A DNA stretch of 64,000 nt. Source: the human T2T-CHM13v2.0 reference genome, Homo sapiens. This document shows positions 51,729-64,000 of this stretch, piece by piece (within the stretch, counting starts at the first letter, position 1; the number at the start of each line of letters is the position of its first letter). Location of the stretch: the NCBI RefSeq assembly GCF_009914755.1, contig NC_060939.1; one strand, given 5' to 3'. The notes beneath the pieces were generated by a model. It made no database searches, had not been told where the DNA came from, and saw only the letters and a program-made list of their open reading frames with translations. Made by a program: the position numbers and the translations under genes.

Positions 51729-51962
51729 GGCTGGATGCCGCGGGGCCTTTGTTTGAGGGAAGTGCCCCCAGCAATCGTCTTTCTCCAGATGATGCCAGTT
51801 TTGTGGATGCCATTCATACCTTTACCCGGGAGCACATGGGCCTGAGCGTGGGCATCAAACAGCCCATAGGACACTATGACTTCTATCCCAACGGGGGCTC
51901 CTTCCAGCCTGGCTGCCACTTCCTAGAGCTCTACAGACATATTGCCCAGCACGGCTTCAATG
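51729..51962 (+). CDS. LIPC: Hepatic lipase exon 5 (234 bp; [11 protein letters not shown]...[19 protein letters not shown]), catalytic Asp and start of lid
   Basis: cccattag|GG acceptor and AATG|gtgaga donor; catalytic Asp codon GAT 51734-51736; DFYPNGG motif; lid Cys TGC 51914-51916; phase 1-1. Confidence 0.98.
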
Positions 51963-54316
51963 GTGAGAATGAAGTCATGGGCCGGGAGCACCGGCCTACA
52001 TTTCAATGGGGCCTCTGGAATTCAGCGGAATCTACCAACATACGGGACTCAGGGAAGAGTTCAGCAAGGATAGGGGCCCAGGGTGTATGGTCACCAAGCC
52101 CACCCAGAGAGAAGGAATGCTGGAGTGGGCAAGGGTGCCTGTCCCCCAGCAGGCCACTCCTGGCAACAGGCCAACGCCACGCCCTGAGGATGAACAGAGG
52201 GCACCAACAGGAACCTCCACTTCTCACTCCAGCCCCATGTGCCCAGGCAAACCCTCTCCCGGGGTACCAGCTCTTCTGAGAGTTGAGTCCGGATGCCTGT
52301 GGTTATTCTTCCTTCTCTGGAAGTTTCCTCGTTCCAGGGACCGCCTCTATTCTGAACCACATGAGGATCCACTTAATAGGTTGTGGCTTCTCGATGAAGG
52401 TCTCACTCTTCATCCCACCCCATCAGTTTAATTGAGGAAATTACTCAGACTCTCCCAATGGGAAATTCAGCTTCAAATATGTCCTTGTTATGCCCTTTAC
52501 CTCAGGGCAGACACGGAATGTGCTGTTATCTGGGTTGTGATCCCACTTCTCTCTCAAGTCCTAAAACCGAAATATTAACATGCACATTGATAATATGCAC
52601 AGGATTAAAGAACAAAAATGTCAGCAGAAGCAGCACATTCCACGGGCATTCCAAATTTCTTGCTATTATAAAATATCACCCTGATTAAGACATGCCAATC
52701 ACTCCAAGCCAAGTAGAGCCCTCCACCCCTACAAGCCACCTCACCCTGATCATCCAACACTCAGCTGAGAACACACTCTCTTGTGATGACACCATCCTCG
52801 CCTCTCCAATATCAGAGTGACCTTCACACTCCGCATCATCTCATTTTGGCTGGACTCCCAGCCTTCCACCGCCCAGGCCTGAGAGAGCCTTCTGGGAACT
52901 TGCCCTTATCATTGCTTACATCCCTCCCACCTCCCCCACTCCAACACCTCCCCTCCAGCCACCAGCAGTTCCCAGCTGACCATCCAGCCCTCATCCCAAA
53001 CTTCACCCCACCCAACAAAGCTCAGTACAGACCATCAGGATGGTGTATGGGCTTTATTTTCCTGGTAAACACATTTCTGACCAATTATTACCATTTGCTC
53101 TTTTGTGCTAAACTTCAAAGTGACGGAACCAAATGTAGGTATTCAGCTTGCCCAAGCTTGGGCTGGTTTTTCTCAGTCGTCTTCACCCCTGTGTTTGAAA
53201 GGGTTCCTGGGGTAGTTCTCCCAGCCACAGCTGCACAGGGGCTCACTGGATAACTGCAGATTCACCTTCACTACCTCCTGGGTGGATGAGCTTGGGTGAG
53301 TTAGTGGATGTCTTGGAAGCTCAGTTTTCTCGTCGAAAACAGCGGCCTCAAGGAGCTGCAGTGAAGATGCAGGCAGTGGAGGAGCGGAGGGCACGCAGCA
53401 TACACAGCCTCCTAGTAGGTGCCCAAGGAATGCAGCCGCTAGCGTCCAAGGACTGCAGTGACTAATCTTGGCATTTAGCCTCCAGACAACTGGGGAAATA
53501 GCTTTTGGCAAAGTCACCTGTGCTGTCCCTTTACAGCAAGTGTTTCACATATCTTGTGGTGGTTCCTCAACATCCCTTGAGAATTATTTACCACAGATTA
53601 GGTTAAAATTTGGAGAGTTAAAAAAAAAAAAAAAAGGTCAAATCCTTAGTAGATCAACCTCATAAGCTTGTTTTGGGGGTGAGGCCTGTCCAGATCTGGT
53701 TACTGGGCAATGTCCTTCCAAATCCAATTCTTGTGCTGGTTTCACAGGCCTGTTACCTAAGGGATGCAATGGCTGCTTTGGGACACAAGGTAGACATTGT
53801 CGAGAGGCCTCAGCGTTCTCCAGACCATCAGAGTGCCACGGGATTGTCTCGTGTATCTAGTTATATTAAGAGAAGAGGAGTCCCACGCAAGCCTGTTCCA
53901 GAAAACCCACCCTCCAGGCATCAGCACCTGGGCATTTTAAATTATCTCATTTGAGATAGAAATATTTCTATAATAAATTACACTAACCTGCTCTCTTAAT
54001 GAATTTGATCTTTCCTTAGTGACTTGGGTGCCTATTAAAATGCCTACTGTAACACGCTGTCATAAAGGAGTGCTCTCAGGATCCCGGCAGTGCCCGGGAT
54101 TTTGCCTGACACTACATGACTCAGAGGGTCTACTTCCCTTAGTTTCAGTCAGTTGTCACATCCTGCTCTTGTCAAGGGGTCTGCCTTGACAAGCCCACCC
54201 TTGCCTGTTCTGTGTGCTACTGCTAACCTCCTGTGGGCTGAGAACCAAGGTGATCCTCTGAGTTGAGGCTGCTTTGGGTTAAGGGGTGATAACGTCCTTC
54301 TTGCCCTGTGTTCCAG

Positions 54317-54559
54317 CCATCACCCAGACCATAAAATGCTCCCACGAGCGATCGGTGCACCTTTTCATCGACTCCTTGCTGCACGCCGGCACGCAGAGCA
54401 TGGCCTACCCGTGTGGTGACATGAACAGCTTCAGCCAGGGCCTGTGCCTGAGCTGCAAGAAGGGCCGCTGCAACACGCTGGGCTACCACGTCCGCCAGGA
54501 GCCGCGGAGCAAGAGCAAGAGGCTCTTCCTCGTAACGCGAGCCCAGTCCCCCTTCAAAG
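54317..54559 (+). CDS. LIPC: Hepatic lipase exon 6 (243 bp; AITQTIKCSHERSVHLF...RAQSPFK), catalytic His and basic heparin-binding cluster
   Basis: gttccag|CC acceptor and AAAG|gtgagt donor; CSH with His codon CAC 54343-54345; basic CKKGRC...RSKSKR segment; phase 1-1. Confidence 0.98.
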
Positions 54560-56719
54560 GTGAGTGTGGAGCTGGGGAGCCTTCAGAAGGGCAGGATGCA
54601 GTCCCCTGTCCAAAGGGCTCAGAAGTCCCCTTGGCTTCTTTCCTGGAGGTGCTTCAGCTCTGCTGTTGCCGTGTTTCTGAAACTGTGCAGGCTCCAGACA
54701 GCAACGTTGTCACAGCCCTTCTCCTGTCCCAAGAGTGTGGCCACCTTGCCGCCAAGGGCTAGGAGGAGAAACCTCGACCATTTCTGAAACGATCCTTGGG
54801 TTGGCCTCTCTGTCCATTTTCATGCTCCCCTAGAATGTTAGATCTGCAAGGCCACACGCAGTTTACCTGGGCCACCCGGATCTCACTGTACAGGGACGTC
54901 AGGCATCTCCAAACACATCCTAGAACCCAGTTCTTTCATCTCTGTTCACGGCCCCCATGAAAAAACTGGATTCTAGACTGCATTTCATTTCTTCTAAGAT
55001 TTGAATCAGCTGATCTGATAGGACATGATATTCACCCTGAGGCACTCCCAAGACAAGATTCAGCTTCCAGTGTTTCCCAGCCAGATTTTTAACCACAGGG
55101 CAGAAAGTGGGCCCAGCAGCTCTCTGGATTGAATGGAAGATTGTAGAAAGGGCTGTGACCACGTCTTAGGCTGAGGCCAGCAGAGAAATACTCCACTGAA
55201 ACCTAAATCCTCCTGGAGGGAACAAGCCGACATCTGTTGCCATTAACATTTCTGCCTAATCCCTAAAACAGCTCGGGAGTGCTTTAGCATCTCACTGTTT
55301 CATCGCACAGCCTCTCCAGTGCTGGGAGAAGAAATCTGATGTGCTGTTTGACTATTACCAGGCAGATATTTGTATCTGGAGAATGTAAACAGGCCGTCAC
55401 CACCACTTTGCTTTTAGGGAGCATTTTACACAAAACATTCGATGCAGCCATCAGCTCCTTGTGGTTCTCCCAACAGCCAGGCGAGGATGGCAGGGCTGGT
55501 TATTATCCCATTCTAAAGAGGAGGAAAGCAAAACTCGCGTGGGGTGCCCACAGCTGTGCAGCTGTAAGGAGACCTGGAACAGGGCCACCTGACTCTCAGT
55601 CGTGAGTTCAAACTCCCAGGCAGCTTATTTTTGAGGCACAGGATTTCTCTGTGTATCGGAACTTTTGCTCTCCAGTCAGGTTTCCCTCCCTTGAGTCAAG
55701 CAGGTCTAGGAATGACAGAAATTTCTTGTGGGTGCGCACGGCATCTGAAGAGTAGTTGGTGTGAGGGCAGGATCTTTCGGGCCAAAGGGTCCCTCCACTG
55801 GCTGTCCCTTAGGGCTGGAGGAGATGGCAGCACGCAGGTGAGGGAATTTGGAAGTCCTCCTGCTTCGGGGAGCTCCTCCGCTGCAGGCTGCCAATTAAAG
55901 ACTCATTTGGGTGAACCAGCTCCTCTTTTAAATGGCAATGCCGCCTGGAGTGATTAAGCCTCTTAGATAATCACATTTCACTGGATCTATTTTAATCATG
56001 GAATGTTCGCATCATGAGGAGCAGTTCAACCCTGCCGTTTTTCAGATGGGGAAACCAAGGCCTAGGCAGGGAAAATTATTTGTCCAGAGACAAAAAGCTC
56101 TTGGCAGACCTGGCATTTAGACCTGGGGCCTCCAAAGAGTGAGCAGAGTGATTTTTAAAAACTCCTAAACCTGCCGCTGGTCTGTTTATGGGGATAAGAG
56201 GGGTATGGAAGAGAAGGGTGGGGGAATTGCTTTCTCCTTGAAATCACCTGGGAAGAAAAGAGGTCATTTTTCATCTTCCAGGGCTAAACTGGGCACTTCA
56301 TCTGATTTGGCCCAGCCCTAGGACATCTACTGGGGACTTGGAGATTGGGAAGGGAAGCATCAAGAGAAGGAAGAAGGGGAAACAAGAGCAGTAGGCATGA
56401 ACCAGGCTGAGCTTCTCCCATTTGCCAACGGCCCCACTGCCCGACCACCATGCACTGCTGATGTGAACTCACAAGGATCCCTTTGTTATTAAGGAAGACC
56501 AAAGAATTGCATTAGGGCATCATTATCTCACCCACCAGCTACCAAAACCAACGTACTCATCCATCCGTATATTCTTCAAACACAGTCCTACCCTCAGGGG
56601 GCTCGGTGGAGACTAACCCACGATGAGTTCCTTGGAGACCACATTTGTGTCTCTTTATTACCGACTACTTGTCTTGCTCCTGGGACATCTAGTGAGGAGG
56701 AGGTTAAGGGCAGGACTGA

Positions 56720-57181
<462 letters not shown>

Positions 57182-57339
57182 TGAGCAAAGTCCTCACCCG
57201 CTCAACCCAGTTTCACTTGCTAGTGGAAAGTAACGTCTCTGTGGTCACATCAAGCCACCCTGGGCATGGCTGGAAAGTGCACTCATGCGAGACTCGCCTG
57301 TTTGAAGCAGCTGCTCATGGGATACTGCTATCTATATAA

Positions 57340-57544
57340 TGTTATGTTATCCAATGTGGTAGCCACAAACCATATGTGGCTATTTAAATCCAAATCTAAG
57401 TTACTTTAAATTAAATGGAACCAAAAATTCAGTTTGTCAGTTACACAAGCCACCTTTCAAGTGCTCAAATACGTGGCTGCTGCATCAGAGAACACAGAAA
57501 TAAAACATTTCCATCGCCGCGGAGAGTTCTACTGGTGATGCTGG
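57340..57544. mobile_element. MER3 (hAT-Charlie)
   Basis: tccaatgtggtagccac...atgtggctatttaaat...agccacctttcaagtgctcaa...aacatttccatcgccgcggagagttctactgg. Confidence 0.75.
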
Positions 57545-59297
57545 GATGAAGATTTTAATCTAGGCCACCACAGCTACACCACTCCCTGCCCATCACAACC
57601 GTGATCATAACTGACTTGGGCCCCCAAAGCCTATTCCACCAGCCACCTCCAGCATTTTGATGAATACATATTACACTCTTAAAAGAGCAGACTTGCCCAA
57701 CCCCGGCCTACAGAGAAACCACAATCCCCATTTTTCAAAAACATCTAATTGTACAATGTATTTTAGTGCAGGGTCTGGTTGGGCAAGATAAACATCGCCT
57801 CCTGATTGTAGTTTCACAAAGGATGACTAACTTGGCCTGAATTCCTCTGGCTCCCAAGATATTTCGACAAAACCATCAAAGGATCTATTTTCTACAACTG
57901 TACACCAGAACTCGGGTAAACACTGCGAGAGTACAGCAGTAGCAAGAGAGAATTGGGAAACAGTCGCCGAGTGAAACGAGGCAATTTATCGCCCACTTCC
58001 ATTCTCACTCTCTCACAAGGAACCTTTACCAGTTTGGGAGCCTGTTTTTAAGGGAGGGGGAGGGAAACGGATCTGTACGGAGTAAATCCTGTTTCGCCAG
58101 TGCCTCCTCTCATTTCATCCTCAGAGCAGTCAGATGAGGTAACCGGGTGGAGAGGAGGGAAGGGGCCCTCGGGGGGCACTCTGCCCGGGCACTGGGCTGG
58201 ATGTGTTGTACACGTTAGCTCATTTCCCATTTGATCCTCACAGCAACCCCCAGACAGGGAGAGACACACGCACACACAGAGACACGGTCAGGGCAAAGTC
58301 ACACAATTTGTGAGCAGGAAGCGTCGCATTGAATCCCAGCCTTTGCTCCTTTTACTGCACTTGGCCTCGGCGTAGGACCAAGGCCCTCGACTGAGTGCCT
58401 CTCCCTCCTGCGGCATTCCAGCTGCATGTCCCGCCTCCTCCTCTCTGCCCTCCTTCCACACTCCCTCTTCCATATCTCCTCCACTCTTCTCCTGTCTTCC
58501 CCGTGCTGCCCTTCCCCCTCCCCCGCCCCCTCACCCACGGCCCTGCACTCCAGGCTCCCTGGGTCGGGGGTGAGGGGCACTTGCTTCTGCTGCTCGCCGC
58601 AGCCATGAGAGCACCCTTCCTTGCTGGTCGGCGAGATGACGAGCCAAGCTGTGACTCGGGCAGTCGGTCTGTTTTTGGCTTCTCTCAGCTACTTCTTTGG
58701 AAGGTTTCCACTGACTTCAGGGAGAGTTCCAGAAGAAGCAGGGGGTGTCGTAGACAGCACAGGCTTGGGGTTGGGATAAGGAGTGTCAAGAATCTTGGCC
58801 TTGCTGCCAACCACTTATGTGACCTTGACCTAATGACAAAACCTATGTGGGCACCAAGGAAGAGGTGTGAATAGACATGGGGATGAACCACTAGCACGGG
58901 ACCTGCAGGTGGGTCTCAAAACCTGCCCCGGTCAGTTCAGTGTGGAGGAAGGAAGTAGATGACACCCGATTAACACCTTCTGGAAGGCAGGCATTTTTTC
59001 ATCGCCATCTTATCACATTTTTACAGCGACACTACAAGAAAGTTCCTAACCTGCATTCACAGATGAGGAAATCGAGCCCCAGAAAGGCTATGTGGTCTCC
59101 AGATCACAAGGAAGCAGGCATCAGAGAGGACTCAAACCCTGGGCTCTGTCTATCCGTTGAGGGCCCTTATTCCACCCACAGCACAAAGAGCTGGCAACAG
59201 GACGCCAGTCAGCACAACAGTCCTGGCCGCACACACACACTCCCCCATCTCCACCGCTCGCAGGCAGCAACAGACCCCCACAGAAGGGGCAGGCATT

Positions 59298-59602
59298 GGC
59301 CAGGCACGGTGGCTCACACCTGAAGTCCCAACACTCTGGGAGGCCAAGGTGGGAGGATCTCTTGAGCCCAGGCGTTCCAAACCAGCTCGGGCAACAAAGC
59401 AAGACGCCATCTCTACAAAAGAATTAAAAATTAGCCAGGTAGAGTGGTGCATGTCTGTAGTCCCAGCTACTTGGGAGACTGCAGGAGGGTTGCTTGAGCC
59501 TAGAAGGTCAAGGCTGCAGTGAGACATGATGGTGCCACTGCACTCTAGCCTGGGTGACAGAGTGAGACCCTGTTTCAAAAAAATTCAATTTAATTTTAAA
59601 AA
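59298..59602 (+). mobile_element. AluJ, full length, in intron 6
   Basis: ggaggatctcttgagcccagg and tgcttgagcctagaaggtcaaggctgcagtgag; degenerate TSD aaggggca(g/a)gcat. Confidence 0.92.
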
Positions 59603-60594
59603 GAAAGGGGCAAGCATCCAGTCTCGTGACATCAGGGCATCACTTAAATGGGACTGTACTGTTAAACCAAAATGTGGCCACGAAAATACCGACACATACA
59701 GGTGTTACATACAAAGGCTAACAAAATCACTTTCCCTTTTTCTTCTTCACTCGCGCCTGCTCTGAGTTAATTCACTTTCATTCAGCCTTGCCGGCACTGG
59801 CTGCCTTCTTTGGGCAGCAACACCCTGGACAACACCATCCTGGGCCCCTCAATCCTATGATCTTCAGCTTCCCTCTGAGTTAGAGGCATTTCGGGTCTAG
59901 GAACAAGCCCTCTGGGCTTGGAGAAAACACAAGAGGTCTCATTCCTACCATCTCCATGAGAGAAATCCATACACGGAGGGGGAAAAAAAAAAAGCCCTCT
60001 TTGATGTTTGCAAAGAGAGTCATAATATCTCCCAGAGCCAACATCTAATGATTCAGAATCATTGTTTCTGGGAGGCAAAAAATAGAAAGAAATATATTCT
60101 CTTTTCATAAATTCAATAACCTGATCTTGTGAAAAGAAAATGTAAGTTTTTTCTTTTTTAAATGGCACCAGCAGGGTCCACACAGGGTTACAATCCAGGA
60201 TTTTTCCTAGTGAGGAGACTCTCCGGAGGCCTCAGATTTCTGCTGTAAATGGAGTTTCCCTGATCACATTCGAGGTCAATGGACTATTTCATGCCTTTCA
60301 TCTTTAAGACCTGAAATAATTTCTCCTGCCAGAACTTGGGAGTATGTTGTACTGGTCTCTTTGCAGTCACAGGATTAAAAGCGTTTTCCCCAAATCATTT
60401 TTTAACGTCCTTATTAAACATGTCATAAGGTAAAGTGGGCAAAATCACTCACACTTTTTTCCTTAATCTTTGTAATAGCATCATTGTGCTGGGGGTGGCA
60501 GGGTAGAATGATAGGCAAATTGTCTTTTCTTTTCTTCCTTTTTTTTTTTTTAAAGAAAAACACTTACAAAAATCCAAATAAGAGTAAATAATTA

Positions 60595-60716
60595 GGACTG
60601 GGTGTGGCGGCTCACACCTGTAATCCTAACACTTTGGGAGGCCAAGGCAGGAGGATTGTGTGAGCCCAGGATTTTGAGACCAGCCTGAGCAACATACAGA
60701 CCTCATCTCTACAAAA
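60595..60716 (+). mobile_element. FLAM-C/AluJ left monomer followed by (GAG/GAA)n tract (60717-60752)
   Basis: gggtgtggcggctcacacctgtaatcctaacactttgggagg...tgagcccaggattttgagaccagcctgagcaacat...tctctacaaaa. Confidence 0.88.
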
Positions 60717-61590
60717 GAGGAGGAGGAAGAAGAAGAAGGAGGAGGAGGAGGAACTAGTTCTCAGCAGGAACCAGTTCTCAGCCTGAAAGACTCATTTATA
60801 TTTAAAGTTAATTTCATTTAAAGATTTCTCCAAAAAAGGGCAGTCATGCAAGATTCTCCGTGCAGACATGGAGTTTCTCAGGAGTGCTCCTGCAAACTCA
60901 AGGGTGCCTCAGCCATCAGCGCAGGTTCCGTCCCCAGCCCGTTCCCTGGTGAGCCTCAGAAAGCATGCTGGCTTGGCTCTTCACAGCCCACACACCTTGG
61001 CACGTTCCATCCTCCTGCAGAGATGCTACTCTAGGGACACATGTTGCAGAAATAGGCAATTCTCATTCATAGGATGTGCAAGCTAAAGGGGCCTTTGCAT
61101 CCTCTAAAGCTGACTCCTGGGTTTTACACAAGCACTTTCTCCTAAAATCGTGGAACCATAGCATCTCAAATGCAGAAATCAATCTCCTCCTACTCACAAT
61201 TTAAGAAAAAGGGAAGAAAAAGTGTATCGCCAAGACAAGGGCATGAAACATTTTCCCCGGCTCAGGGGCCAGACGTTTAGGGGACAGGAGAGCGTCCTTT
61301 GTGGCAGCGATAGCCCAGGATGGATGTCAAGGGGTCAGAGCTGGCAGGCAGTTTGTCTTGGTGGCTTCATTAGAAGCAGGTGTTGAACCACAGCTTTTCT
61401 TCAGGGGCTGTTGGCCATTTGCTTTCAAGGGACAGACTCAGCTTGCAGAACGAAAACAGCAGGCGATATAGAAAGAGTCTTTTGGAATTAGACACACCTG
61501 GCTTTGAATCCTGCTCCACTGAACTATCTGGATAACTATAGGTCTCCAAACCTCCACTTCCTTATTTATATTCACCAGGATAATTAACAC

Positions 61591-62060
61591 TGTGTCGGTC
61601 TAGGTCTCAGCAGAAAACAGGACTCCACTGGCCTGGATCAGCTGAAGAAAGCAAGTGGGACTCCTTACAACAGGGTGGGCAGTGTTAAGGAAACCAACAA
61701 GGACTGAGGCGGCTCCCTGCCTCTAACAGCAGGACAGATGGAGCCAGGGAAGGGACTAGCTGTGGGAAAACCAGAGCCATGGAGGAGGGGCTGCTGATAA
61801 TCGTGGGAGGGCAGTGGCTGCACAGTCAGGCTCCAGAGCACGGGGGAGCAGAGGGAAAATGCCCCTGCCTCTCTCTTCTCCGCCCTGATCTCCTGCTAGT
61901 GCCTCTCCCTCCAGTGGTCACACCCAACCAGAAACCAATCGACAAGGGAGCCCGGCAGATGCAGCCTAAGGGATCCCATCCTGGGGCTCAGAGCTGAGCA
62001 GTGGAGGGCAGAGTGGATGAGGACAGCAGGGGTAGAGGGAGCAGATGGGCACTACCCAGC
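61591..62060 (-). mobile_element. ERVL solo LTR (LTR41-like) splitting a + strand MIR (~61475-61590 and ~62065-62165)
   Basis: ctcctgctagtgcctc...acccaaccagaaacc...caagggagcccggcagatgcagcc...cctggggctcagagc; MIR 5' half before and MIR 3' half after. Confidence 0.55.
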
Positions 62061-62379
62061 AGGGCATCATTATTTAGCCTGTTATGAGGAGAAAGATGAT
62101 GTATGTAAAACACTTAGTATGTAGCTTAACACATAGTAGGATCTCAACAAATGGGAGCTATTTTATCATCCTTGGTGTCTTTAATGCAGTTATATATGCA
62201 TGTTGTTCTTCACTCAGAGAGCCTGTGAAGTACTCCTTGGAGGCCTAGTGTGTGCTGTGCCCTTGTGGAGATACAAGCAGTAGTGTGGTTCCGAGATGGC
62301 CTTTGGGGAGATAAGACATGGACACAGATGCCCGTGAGACAAGGCAGAGGCCACAAAGGACCACAACTTCTAGTTCTCT

Positions 62380-62700
62380 TTTTTTTCCTTTTCAATACTT
62401 GTAAAAGCTCTTTCTTTTTCCAATAGGATTCCAATTAGAATACACGTTTACTGCAGAAAATGTGAAACTTGCAGAAGAACATAAAGAAGAGAATAAAAAT
62501 GACCACTCTGCCCTCTCCAGAGATAAGCACTGTTAATATTTTTGTGAATTCCCCTACTTCTATGCATTCTGTTTTGCAGAGTTGGTCTCATACTAGACAG
62601 TTTCGTAGCCTGTGTTTTTTTGTTTTTGTTTTCTTTTTCACTTCTTTCATAAGCATTGAAATCATTCCAAAAATAGCTTTTAATGGCTTCATAAGAGTAA
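62380..62700 (-). mobile_element. L1ME4-like fragment
   Basis: gaagagaataaaaatgacc...ccagagataagcactgttaatatttttgtgaatt...ttttaatggcttcata. Confidence 0.6.
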
Positions 62701-62739
62701 ATCACATGTTTGGGACAATGAACTGAGAATCAGCAGACT

Positions 62740-63340
62740 AACTTCTAATTGCAGCTTCATCAGTTATTAGCCACGTGACAACGACAAGTTACGTAACTTT
62801 TTCTGAGCCTCAGCTTCTTCCTTTGCAAAATGATGTGGGAGGGAAGATAAAGTAGGCATCTTATAAAGTTGTTGTAAAGAGAAATGAGATAATTATATGA
62901 AACTATTAGCTCAATGTCTGGGACATAGTGAAGCGCTAAATAGTAGTTATCATAATTGCTGTTATTAGTTCATAGCCATCCCTCTATTACTGAATATTTC
63001 AGGTGTTTTCAGTGTATTTTTACACAAATGTTAGGACATTTTTTAACTGAAATCTCTTTCCACAATTCAACTTTTTCCTTAGAATATATAAAGCTAGTGG
63101 TCCTGGGTATAAACATGTAAAAGTTCAAGTTCTGGAGTCAGGTTGTGTGAGCCGACGCCCCAGCCATATACGACTTACTAGCTGTGTGATCCGAGAAAAG
63201 TCACTTAACTTCTCTGTCCTTCAGTTTCCTCTTCTCTAAAATGAGATAATAATCGTATCATTTGTTTGAGGGTCAAGTGAGATGACAGAAGCAAAGCACT
63301 TGGCAAAAACCAAAATAGATATTAGCCAATGTTATTATCA
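62740..63340 (+). mobile_element. Two MIR SINEs (~62740-62960 and ~63110-63340)
   Basis: tctgagcctcagcttcttcctttgcaaaatg...; cttactagctgtgtgatccgagaaaagtcacttaacttctctgtccttcagtttcctcttctctaaaatgagataataa. Confidence 0.75.
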
Positions 63341-63358
63341 TGCATACTGCCATTATAT

Positions 63359-63361
<3 letters not shown>

Positions 63362-63391
<30 letters not shown>

Positions 63392-63673
63392 GAGACGTAG
63401 TCTTGCTCTGTCACCCAGGCTGGAGCGCAGTGGCGCGATCTCAGCTCACTGTAAGCTCCACCTCCTGGGTTCACACCATTCTCCTGCCTCAGCCTCCCCA
63501 GCAGCTGAGACTACAGGCACCCACCACCACGCCCCGCTAATTTTTTGTATTTTTAGTAGAGAACGGGGTTTCACCGTGTTAGCCAGGATGGTCTCGATCT
63601 GTTGACCTCGTGATCCGCCCCCCTCAGCCTCCCAAAGTGCTGGGATTACAGGCGTGAGCCACCGCGCCCGGCC
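63362..63673 (-). mobile_element. AluY, full length
   Basis: AluY diagnostics aagctcc, gggttcacaccattctcc, accgtgttagccaggatggtctcgatct, gacctcgtgatccgcc; TSD CATTATATGCT at 63351-63361 and 63675-63685. Confidence 0.95.
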
Positions 63674-64000
63674 TCATTATATGCTTTTAATTGCATTTAG
63701 CACTGGGCTAAACACACAGTAGACTTCCAATTAATACATATCATATTAAACTGAATTGAAGATCGGTTACTATGAGTGTTCCTTGAGAACTCTGGAAGGT
63801 ACCCTGACTATTCATAAGGAGGTTAACCCAAGGCCAGTCCTCCCACATCTTACCCCCTCCCCCACTTTGGAAAGAACTTTCTTTTTGTCTCAGTTTGACT
63901 TACAAGACTGTTCATTTGTTACAGAGTTTCCTTGACAAACCCCCAAATAGTGTAAGACCTCTCCAGAGGCTTCTGGGATGACAGGCTAAGTCCCTCTCTC

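Noticed and set aside
51518-52279. 253-aa ORF as a complete protein
   Set aside because: Only 51729-51962 is lipase sequence, bounded by splice sites; the extensions are intronic read-through. The same applies to ORFs 44371-44580, 47770-48018 and 54286-54762.
60750-60783. 17-bp tandem duplication ggaac(t/c)agttctcagc
   Set aside because: Ordinary slippage next to a simple repeat; no sign of function.

Overview
Human (or very close hominid) genomic DNA from the hepatic lipase gene LIPC, transcribed on the + strand. The window holds the last ~44 kb of the long intron 1, coding exons 2-6 (44318-44502, 47770-47952, 48519-48636, 51729-51962, 54317-54559) and the first ~9.4 kb of intron 6. All five exons have canonical AG/GT boundaries and splice into one open frame (about residues 30-351 of the precursor) with the Ser-Asp-His triad and the lid. 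This haplotype encodes Ser at codon 215. The rest is intronic DNA rich in Alu, MIR, L2, old L1M, L3/CR1, solo LTRs (THE1, MER39, MLT1, LTR41-like) and hAT DNA-transposon fossils; subfamily names are by eye and boundaries of old repeats are approximate. I found no evidence of a new multi-gene system, and nearly all long ORFs in the track are chance or repeat-derived. The most notable unexplained details are a 34-bp templated insertion with a target duplication inside an old L1, a ~105-bp local duplication bracketing a candidate antisense promoter/first exon, a well-formed poison pseudoexon in intron 1, a perfect HNF4 DR1 site, and a CpG-rich promoter-like patch with a Kozak ATG in intron 6.
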